Source: Octopus sinensis
Lineage: Eukaryota
NCBI RefSeq assembly: GCF_006345805.1
Contig: NW_021827368.1
Location: 1 to 10,719 of the forward strand
DNA length: 10,719 nt
Reading direction: 5' to 3'
This document shows, in pieces, positions 1-7,900 of this stretch. Position 1 is the stretch's first letter, and every line of letters starts with the position of its first letter. Position numbers and translations under genes: made by a program. The notes beneath the pieces are model-generated. The model was not told where the DNA came from and searched no databases. It was given only the letters and a program-made list of their open reading frames with translations.

Positions 1-152
1 GAGCATCCAGGCTCAGCGGTCGCGTAGGAAGTCGGGGAGGACAAGAAACAAGAAGAAAGAGTGAGAGAAAATTGGAAGTGAAAGAGTACGACAGGTGGTC
101 GCCACCACCCGCTGCCGGAGGCTCGTGGAGCTTTAGGTGTTTTCGCTCATAC

Positions 153-168
153 TGTTGTTGTTGTTGTT
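153..168. repeat. (TGT)n microsatellite
   Basis: About 5 perfect TGT units. Confidence 0.85.
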
Positions 169-677
169 CATTGTTGACAGAGTCTTATCGTTTTATTTGC
201 TTTTTAATTTCCCCCCGACCTCCTCCTCATCGTCTGTTATCTAACAATTTATTTGTCTACACAATTCCACGACAGTTACACTAGAGCGAACTAACAGGAC
301 GTCTCACCATATTTAGTTTTCCACGTCCTTTTCTTTTTTTATTTTTAAAGTTCTGAGATCAAACCCGCCAAGGTCGTCGGCTCGGTCTTTATCTTTTCCA
401 CTGCTTGTTTTGGTGAGGCGATAAAATTAATACAAGATAAAATGAAAAAGAAAAAAATCCCGATAGTTTGCTGCCAAATATATTGCAAGACTCTCGACTT
501 ATCGGGCTAATGCCGGAAGCTTGTTAAAATAGAAATTAATTTGAAGAAAATGTTTTAATGCAATCAATATGCACCACCGCATCATATAAAACTATTAAAT
601 TACTAGGGAGAATGTCTTCTTTGTCTCTTTCGCTGTGTGGCTGAAGAATATTTCGCCGTAATCATAGTAGTAATACA

Positions 678-745
678 TTGTTGTTGTTGTTGTCGTCGTC
701 GTCGTCGTCGTCGTCGTTGTTGTTGTTGTTGTTGTTGTTGTTGTT
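678..745. repeat. Compound microsatellite (GTT)n(GTC)n(GTT)n
   Basis: Directly visible; abuts the SINE-A head at 746. Confidence 0.95.
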
Positions 746-1033
746 AAGGCGGCGAGCTGGCAGAAACGTTAGCACGCCGGGCGAAATTCTTAGCGGTATT
801 TCGTCTGCCGCTGCGTTCTGAGTTCAAATTCCGCCGAGGTCGACTTTGCCTTTCATCCTTTCGGGGTCGATAAATTAAGTACCAGTTACGCACCGGGGTC
901 GATATAATCGACTTAATCCGTTTGTCCCCTCTGTGTTTAGCCCCTTGTGGGAAATAAAGAAATGGGTATTTCGTCTGCCGCTACGTTCTGTGTTCAAATT
1001 CCGCCGAGGTCGACTTTGCCATTCATCCTTTCG
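746..1033 (+). mobile_element. SINE-A: tRNA-derived head + one unit (internal deletion) + 3'-truncated second headless unit
   Basis: Head AAGGCGGCGAGCTGGCAG (A-box-like), GAGTTCAAATTCC (B-box-like), core GCCTTTCATCCTTTCGGGGTCGATAAATTAAGTACCAG, which resembles the Meta/MESC SINE core domain as I recall it. Second unit starts at GGTATTTCG (~965) and breaks at 1033. Confidence 0.9.
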
Positions 1034-1534
1034 AGCTCCAGATCATATATAAAATAAAAATTTTCTTTCCTGCATCACAAACAATTAGGCTTATCGGAAA
1101 AGTCATACATTACAAACGTTCAAGGTTAATAAATGTTTTATGGAAACATTCCAACAACATTCACAGACTGTAGTATTAATGATTTCTAAAACGTGTTAAT
1201 GTCTGTCTCAACAGGAGAGACATCGGCACGTTTCAGAGGCGAATATATCTCGTTTCAGATGTACAAATTACAAGTGAAATGACTGACACATCTTTCAAAT
1301 TCCTTGTCTTTTCAGCTCGTTTCTGTACAACACTACAGTCTCTTCAATATTGCTATGTCAATGATTAACGCACTATTATCATTTTTTTTTATTGCAGAGT
1401 GTCATGTCAAATTTATTATGTTCTATCTGGTGGTCTGTATTTGTGCTAAAGTTTACAGTATAAAGACAGGTGAAGTTTTGTACATGAAAGCCACAAAGTG
1501 CTTTCTTTACAGTAGGGCGGTCAGACGTATAAAG

Positions 1535-1752
1535 ATTAAGTCAATTATATCGACCCCAGTGCGTAACTGGTACTTATCTAATCGACCCCCGAAAGGATGA
1601 AAGGCAAAGTCGACCTCGGCGGAATTTCAACTCAGAACGTAGCGGCAGACGAAATACCGCTAAGCATTCTACCAGCTCGCATTCTACCAGCTCGCCGCAT
1701 GAAGTTAGCATCTAATAACTTATCTACTATAAGCACAAGGTCTGAAATTGTG
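1535..1752 (-). mobile_element. Inverted SINE-A fragment carrying the upstream flank of the 4577 copy
   Basis: 1681-1752 is the exact reverse complement of 4527-4598 (72/72). 15-bp tandem duplication at 1664-1678/1679-1693. Body 1535-1663 is SINE-A. Confidence 0.9.
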
Positions 1753-1833
1753 TTTCTCCGTATATACGTGTGGGAGCTAATGTTCAGTAGCTTTAAATAA
1801 CCTTCTTCTTCTCCTCCTTATTATTATTATACA

Positions 1834-2413
1834 AGGTGGTGTGCTGGCAGAAACGTTAGCACGCCGGGTGAAATGCTTAGCGGTATTTCGTCTGCCGTTA
1901 CGTTGTGAGTTCAAATTCCGCCGAGGTCGACTTTGCCTTTCATCCTTTCGGGGTCGATAAATTAAGTACCAGTTACGCACTGGGGTCGATGTAATCGACT
2001 TAATACCTATGTCTGTCCTTGTTTGTCCCCTCTATGTTTAGCCCCTTGTGGGTAATAAAGAAATAGATATTTCGTCTGCCGCTACGTTCTGAGTTCAAAT
2101 TCCGCCGAGGTCGACTTTGCCTTTCATCCTTTCGGGATCGATTAAATAAGTACCAGTTAGCCACTGGGGTCGAAATAATCGACTTAATCCGTTTGTCTGT
2201 CCTTGTTTGTCCCCTCTGTGTTTAGCTCCTTGTGGGTAGTAAAGAAATAGGTATTTCGCCCGCCGTTCCGTTCTGAGTTCAAATTCCGCCAAGGTCGACT
2301 TTACCTTTCATCCTTTCGGAGTCGATTATATAAGTACCAGTTACGCACTGAGGTCGATGTAATCGACTAGTCCCCTCCCCCCAAATTGCTGTCCTTGTGG
2401 CTAAATTTGAAAC

Positions 2414-2433
<20 letters not shown>
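1834..2433 (+). mobile_element. SINE-A composite: head + two 184-bp units + terminal body with a different tail ending in (TAT)n
   Basis: Unit starts at 1882, 2066 and 2250. Whole block is flanked by the direct repeat TTATTATTATTATACA (1818-1833 and 2434-2449), read as a TSD; the right copy merges with the (TAT)n run from 2414. Confidence 0.92.
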
Positions 2434-2447
<14 letters not shown>

Positions 2448-2579
2448 CACGTTCCTATCTGGCGAAGCTCTCGCCATTTTCATGAATGTAGGGAGGCAGG
2501 TACTGCCTTCTAGTGAGTTTATCAAAAGGTGGATGAGAGTGGAAAGATTGGTGGGGCTGAATGGGTCAACTCTGTTGAA

Positions 2580-2907
2580 CCGACCAAAGCCCTGTGGGTG
2601 GATTTGGTAGACGGAAACTGAAAGAAACCTCCCCCACACGCGCACACACACATATATACGTGTATGTATATATTTGTGTGTGAGTGTCTGTATTTGTACC
2701 CCCAACTATCGCTTAATAACCGATGCTGGTGTGTTTATGTCCCCATAATTTAACAAAAAAGACTGACAGAATAAGTGCTAGACTTACAAAGAATAAATAA
2801 GTCCTGAGGTCGATTTCTTCGACTAAAAACAACTCTTTAATGCGTTGATCCAGCATGGCCACAGTCAAATGACTGAAACAAGTGAAAGAATAAAAGAATA
2901 AAGGAAT
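2580..2907 (+). mobile_element. SINE-B, 5'-truncated, diverged copy
   Basis: Matches the reverse complement of 3012-3330: GGATTTGGTAGACGGAAACTGAAAG, internal CA/TA microsatellite, and CAGCATGGCC..CAGTCAAATGACTGAAACAAG with an (AAAGAAT)n tail. Confidence 0.88.
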
Positions 2908-2942
2908 ACACACACACACATATGCATGCACACACATTCTTT

Positions 2943-2987
2943 TTTTTACCATGTTTCAGTCTAACGGTTATGCCCGTGCTGGGGCAC
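2943..2987 (-). mobile_element. Short diverged SINE-B-like tail fragment
   Basis: Shares TGTTTCAGTC and TGCTGG.GCAC, with similar spacing, with the SINE-B tail. Confidence 0.4.
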
Positions 2988-3011
2988 GCTCACTATATAT
3001 ATATATATCTC

Positions 3012-3423
3012 TTTCTCTTTTACTCTTTTACTTGTTTCAGTCATTTGACTGCGGCCATGCTGGAGCACCACCTTTTAGTCGAGCAAATCGACCCCGGGAC
3101 TTATTCTTTGTAAGCCCAGTACTTATTCTATCGGTCTCTTTTGCCGAACCGCTAAGTGACGGGGATGTAAACACACCAGCATCGGTTGTCAAGCAATGCT
3201 AGGGGGACAAACAGAGACACACAAACACACACATACATATATATATATACATATATACGACAGGCTTCTTTCAGTTTCCGTCTACCAAATCCACTCACAT
3301 GGCATTGGTTGGCCCGGGGCTATAGCAGAAGACACTTGCCCAAGATGCCACGCAGTGGGACTGAACCCGGAACCACATGGTTGGTTAGCAAGCTACTTAC
3401 CACACAGCCACTCCTGCGCCTAT
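3012..3423 (-). mobile_element. SINE-B, full length (tRNA head, CORE-like segment, internal microsatellite, (AAAAGAGT)n tail)
   Basis: Minus strand reads ATAGGCGCAGGAGTGGCTGTGTGGTAAG (A box) ... GGGTTCAGTCCC (B box) ... CTTGGGCAAGTGTCTT (CORE-like). Flanked by (TA)n on both sides. Confidence 0.9.
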
Positions 3424-3432
3424 ATATATATA

Positions 3433-3792
3433 TACTCTTTTACTCTTTTACTTGTTTCAGTCATTTGACTGCGGCCATGCTGGAGCACCGCCTTGAATCG
3501 AGCAACTCGACCCCGCGACTTATTCTTTTGTAAGCCCAGTACTTATTCTATCGGACTCTTTGGCCGAACCGCTAAGTTACGGGGACATAAACATTGTCAA
3601 GCAATGCTAGGGGGACAAACACAGACACACAAACATACACGCACATATATATATATATATACATATATACGACGGGCTTCTTTCAGTTTTCCGTCTATCA
3701 AATCCACTCACAAGGCTTTGGTTGGCCCGAGGCTATAGTAGAAGACACTTGCCTAAGACACTTGCCATGTGGTTGGTAAACAAGCTACTTAC

Positions 3793-3798
<6 letters not shown>
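3433..3798 (-). mobile_element. SINE-B, second head-to-tail copy with B box deleted
   Basis: Near-identical to 3012-3423. AAGACACTTGCC is duplicated (3742-3753, 3755-3766) in place of the B-box segment, and the extreme 5' end is missing. Confidence 0.9.

Positions 3799-3824
<26 letters not shown>
3799..3824. repeat. (TA)13 microsatellite
   Basis: Directly visible. Confidence 0.95.
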
Positions 3825-3835
<11 letters not shown>

Positions 3836-3860
3836 AAAAACTAATGAAAATTCCTTCTGT

Positions 3861-4327
3861 CCGTGAAACAGTTCCTAGGGGCTCTATCGCTAATGATCTT
3901 ACCCCTATACTCTTTAGGGACCATAGGTTGCAATCTGCTGTTTGAAATCTCCATATGTCTCAACTATAACTTTTTACCTGAGTTCCATACCCCTTCTCTC
4001 CGTATATTTAGCTCTACCGACGATTTTCCACAACTCACACCTTTCCAGCTCATTACTATACCCGTTTCACTGCTTGCCACCCTACCTTCTCAATATCAAT
4101 GCTGAAATTTTTAAAGAATGTTGATGTCTTTAGACCCAATTATCGTTGGGGGCAGATGTTCATGCGATTTCTCTGTTCCTTTCGACTCATACATTCCAAA
4201 GAATTCCCTGTGGACAATCTGAATTACTGTATAACCATTTGCGTATATTATTCTTATTGCCTGTTTATTGTTTTGGATTTCTATATATCCACCCCGAACA
4301 TACCAAAAGGAGCACGAGGTGGTTTTG
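3861..4327 (-). pseudogene. Decayed R4/Dong/Rex6-like non-LTR retrotransposon, C-terminal restriction-like endonuclease region
   Basis: Manual minus-strand translation with frameshifts: IVHREFFGMYESKGTEKSHEHLPPTIIGSKDINIL*..NFSIDIEKV..TGIVM..YGDFKQQIA..SLAIEPLGTVSR. This is colinear with the R4-clade pattern as I recall it (IVHWELCKKYG..EKWYEH.P..VIEN...KILWDFSIQTD..I.ARRPDIVV..YQDLK.EI..IVIGALGTVSK). Confidence 0.75.
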
Positions 4328-4344
4328 TTATTAAATGCTGATTT

Positions 4345-4560
4345 AAGGAAGCGAGCTGGTAGGATTGTTAGCATACCGGATAAAATGCTTAGCGGCATTT
4401 CTTCCAAATTTACGTTCGGAATGCAAATTTTTGCAGAGGTCCCCTTTGCCTTTCATCCTTTCAGTTTTGATGAAATAAGTACCAGTCAAATACTAGGGTC
4501 GATGTAATCGATAGGAACCCCTCCTCCACAATTTCAGACCTTGTGCTTATAGTAGATAAG
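4345..4560 (+). mobile_element. Old, diverged SINE-A with tail type b
   Basis: GCGAGCTGGTAGG head, TTTGCCTTTCATCCTTTC core, tail CCACAATTTCAGACCTTGTGCTTATAGTAG. Flanked by TTATTAAATGCTGATT (4328-4343) and TTATTAGATGCTAACT (4561-4576). Confidence 0.85.
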
Positions 4561-4576
4561 TTATTAGATGCTAACT

Positions 4577-6399
4577 TCATGCGGCGAGCTGGTAGAATCG
4601 TTAACACGACGGACGAAATGCTTAGCGGTATTTCGTCTACCGTTACGTTGTGAGTTCAAATTCCGCCGAGGTCGACTTTGCCTTTCATCCTTTCGGGGTC
4701 GATAAATTAAGTACCAGTTACGCACTGGGATCGATGTAATCGACTTAATACCTATGTCTGTCCTTGTTTGTCCCCTCTGTGTTTAGCCCCTTGTGGGTAA
4801 TAAAGAAATAGGTATTTCGTCTACCGCTACGTTCTGAGTTCAAATTCCGCCGAGGTCACTTTGCCTTTCATCCTTTCGGTCGATTAGATAAGTACCAGTT
4901 ACGCACTGAGGTCGAATAATCGACTTGATCCGTTTGTCTGTCCTTGTTTGTCCTCTCTGTGTTTAGCCCCTTGTGGGTAGTAAAGAAATAGGTATTTCGT
5001 CTGATACGTTCTGAGTCAAATCCCCGAGGTCAACTTTGCCTTTCATCCTTTCGGGGTCGATTAAATAAGTACCAGTTACGCACTGGGGTCGATATAATCG
5101 ACTTAATCCGTTTGTCTGTCCTTGTTTGTCCTCTCTGTGTTTAGCCCCTTGTGGGTAGTAAAGAAATAGGTATTTCGTCTGCCGATACGTTCTGAGTTCA
5201 AATTCCGCCGAGGTCAACTTTGCCTTTCATCCTTTCGGGGTCGATTAGATAAGTACCAGTTACGCACTGGGGTCGATATAATCGACTTGATCCGTTTGTC
5301 TGTCCTTGTTTGTCCTCTCTGTGTTTAGCCCCTTGTGGGTAGTAAAGAAATAGGTATTTCGTCTGCCGATACGTTCTGAGTTCAAATTCCGCCGAGGTCA
5401 ACTTTGTCTTTCATCCTTTCGGGGTCGATTAGATAAGTACCAGTTACGCACTGAGGTCGATATAATCGACTTGATCCGTTTGTCTGTCCTTGTTTGTCCT
5501 CTCTGTGTTTAGCCCCTTGTAGGTAGTAAAGAAATAGGTATTTCGTCTGCCGATACGTTCTGAGTTCAAATTCCGCCGAGGTCAACTTTGCCTTTCATCC
5601 TTTCGGGGTCGATTAAATAAGTACCAGTTACGCACTGGGGTCGATATAATCGACTTAATCCGTTTGTCTGTCCTTGTTTGTCCTCTCTGTGTTTAGCCCC
5701 TTGTAGGTAGTAAAGAAATAGGTATTTCGTCTGCCGATACGTCTGAGTTCAAATTCCGCCGAGGTCAACTTTGCCTTCTCCTTTCGGGGTCGATTAAATA
5801 AGTACCAGTTACGCACTGGGGTCGATATAATCGACTTAATCCGTTTGTCTGTCCTTGTTTGTCCTCTCTGTGTTTAGCCCCTTGTGGGTAGTAAAGAAAT
5901 AGGTATTTCGTCTGCCGAACGTTCTGAGTTCAAATTCCGCCGAGGTCAACTTTGCCTTTCATCCTTTCGGGGTCGATTAATAGTACCAGTTACGCCTGGG
6001 GTCGATATAAACGACTTAATCCGTTTGTCTGTCCTTGTTTGTCCTCGGTTTTAGCCCCTTGTGGGTAGTAAAAATAGGTATTTCGTCTGCCGATACGTTC
6101 TGAGTTCAAATTTCGCCGAAGTCGACTTTGCCTTTCATCCTTTCGGGATCGATTAAATAAGTACCAGTTACGCACTGGGGTCAATATAATCAACTAAATC
6201 CGTTTGTCCGCCCTTGTTTGTCCTCTCTGTGTTTAGCCCCTTCTGGGTAGTAAAGAAACAGGTATTTCTTCCGGCTTTACGTTTTAAGTTCAGATACTAA
6301 CGAAGTAGACTTTGCCTGGCATCCTTTCGGGATCGATAAAATAAATATCAGATGTAATCGACGAGCCCTTCCCGCATAATTTCAGGCGTTGTGAAAGGG
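4577..6399 (+). mobile_element. Old SINE-A split into head (4577-4626) and body (6261-6399) by a tandem array
   Basis: Head GCGGCGAGCTGGTAGAATCGTT and body GGTATTTCTTCCGG... are old-type like 4345-4560 and strongly diverged. Followed by a third target copy, TTATTAGATGCTGTTT (6400-6415). Confidence 0.8.
4627..6260 (+). repeat. Tandem array of nine headless SINE-A units, consensus 184 bp
   Basis: Unit starts (GGTATTTC) at 4627, 4811, 4991, 5169, 5353, 5537, 5721, 5902 and 6077; lengths 184, 180, 178, 184, 184, 184, 181, 175, 184. The small deletions could be long-read errors. Confidence 0.97.
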
Positions 6400-6415
6400 T
6401 TATTAGATGCTGTTT

Positions 6416-7310
6416 TTGAACTGTGGAAATCTGTACTTCAACGCATCCCTTAAGCCTATTCGTCACGTTTTCAAACTTTAATCGCACCAGGATTTTCGTC
6501 CAGAGCCCGAAAAATTTGTCGATGCATTGTCATATTTTGGGTGTTGCTTTGCTTCATCCCCCCCGCTTCTGTTTCCGGACTTTATGCATTTCGTAGATAA
6601 CGTATTTCAAATTCTTTAGATGCTACACATCCATTATACTTAACTAATTCAAACCTCTTTAACTCTTCCAACATCTGTCTCACACCAGTTTTTGCAACAA
6701 TTGTGCTTCATTAATCTTTTTACATTATTCACAATTAATTAATTCTCTGCCTACTGTTATACGAGATATACAAAATCCCCAGAACAGCAGTTCTGGAATA
6801 TTTTTCTAATGCTTTACGTATGGTCCCGTTGCTTTTCCTGTCTTTCTATCCAAACCGTTTCCCCCCACCCTCTTGGTGGAGCGGAGAAGGAGGCTTCTTC
6901 TTCCACTTCAATATTCCTCCACCACACCACTTTACTATTAATATGAACCAGATGTTAATGACCCGTGACTTATTTTCCCGATTTAGCTTAGATTTAAACA
7001 CTAATTTCAAACTCTTGAAGTATTTCTCTTCCAAATATTTCTCTCATATTTGATTCATGAATCTAATCTAACTCCATCGCACCTTCAGTATTTATAACTG
7101 TCAGCGACGATCTGTTTTTATAACGTTCTCATCCGGTAATTATACCACCATTATTTATTTACCATTATTTTCCCGTTTTTAACTACGAAAGCTCCACCCT
7201 CTTTTAACGCTAAATACCATCTTATATAGATTCACTCAACCTATCAACAGCTCGCATTAGCAAATCTATTTGATCGTTGTTTTCCCCATCAAACTCGAAT
7301 TATCTACAAA
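6416..7310 (-). pseudogene. Decayed R4-like non-LTR retrotransposon: RT catalytic region, thumb and downstream region
   Basis: Minus strand: FVDNSSLMGK...KMVF (~FMDDLKLYGK...KMEF, same spacing); LPDENVIK; SYKY; YFKSLKLVFKSKLNRENKSRVINIWFILIVKWCGGGILKW (~YFRRVRKILKSKLNGGN..KAINTWAV..VRYGAGILKW); LDRKTGK; LYIS..GRELINCE; LKGCVEVQISTVQKQ. Many stops and frameshifts. Confidence 0.85.
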
Positions 7311-7693
7311 CTAGCAGTATCGCCCGGCGTTGCTCGGGTTTGTAAGGGAAATAACTATAAAGCATTTTTAGAGAGTTATAGCCCAAAAATAGCAAAAAAA
7401 TGGAAAAAAAATTATGGTAAATTTTTTTGAGAGTTAAAAAGGTCGAGTTGCGTTCCCTAGACAGTCTGTGGTTTGTATTTCTGATTCTCGACCCCATGTC
7501 GAATTTATCGATTATTTTCAGAACTGGGGGAACTTTTTAAAATTTTCGCTGCGTTAGTTTTGAATTATGACATTGGGCTATGTGTGTGTCAAGTTTCATC
7601 AGAATCGGTTGAAAGCCGTGGTCAGGGTGAGGGTACAACCTAACAGACACACAGACACACAGACAGACAAACTGCCGTTTATATAGAGAGAGA
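7311..7693 (-). mobile_element. Non-autonomous Helitron, 383 bp
   Basis: On the minus strand: 5' TC start, (GTCT/GTGT) microsatellite near the 5' end, and 3' hairpin CCCG(A)GC-AAC-GCCGGG 8 nt before a CTAG terminus. Inserted between host A (7694) and T (7310) with no TSD; removing it rejoins the RT frame as VNRQ|FVDN. Confidence 0.9.
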
Positions 7694-7900
7694 TTGGCGA
7701 TTGACTTCATCCTTCCAGCTATTCATCGTTCACCATTTCCCTTATTATCTGTGGAACCAATGTTAACGGTGCCTTGAATATTTCATGAAGTAAAAAAGAC
7801 AAGCCCTACCGTTTTGGAAAATTCTCTCTCTTGTTCTAAATACTTCTTTCAGTTTTTATCAGAATTATTAATAGTTAATGTTTGGTTTTCGTGTCAGATA
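7694..7900 (-). pseudogene. Upstream part of the same R4-like RT
   Basis: EVFRTRERIFQNG (~EVNIRRGIFQGDS) at ~7805-7850, then PLTLV, leading into the motif split by the Helitron. Upstream boundary is uncertain. Confidence 0.6.

Noticed and set aside
746-835. tRNA gene (also 3350-3423 and 8509-8580)
   Set aside because: A/B-box-like motifs run straight into SINE core sequence and do not close a cloverleaf; these are SINE heads.
2460-2510. Two adjacent 6-bp hairpins (TGGCGA/TCGCCA and AGGCAG/CTGCCT)
   Set aside because: Short stems with no recognisable RNA motif; plausible by chance.
72-3779. Remaining short ORFs rich in poly-L, poly-N, poly-C or YI/HT dipeptides (also 10334-10709)
   Set aside because: They are translations of microsatellites and SINE-B.
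3890-4322. Gypsy integrase-like words (PRAPFGMFGVDI; VPKEYRGKII) on the minus strand
   Set aside because: They are in the wrong order for an integrase, and other frames give a much longer colinear R4-like endonuclease match.
5169-5352. Retrozyme or self-cleaving ribozyme in the 184-bp unit
   Set aside because: No hammerhead CTGANGA core on either strand and no convincing twister or HDV fold by eye. An Infernal/Rfam scan would settle it.
4963-6193. Repeated ORFs MTSAEFELRT...GKVDLGGI (also 1597-1800, 1777-1980, 2095-2292, 8216-8455)
   Set aside because: They are translations of SINE-A units. The period of 184 is not a multiple of 3, so there is no continuous frame and no coding evidence.
4627-6260. 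CRISPR-like array
   Set aside because: Units are full-length near-identical repeats with no unique spacers, there are no cas genes, and the context is eukaryotic.
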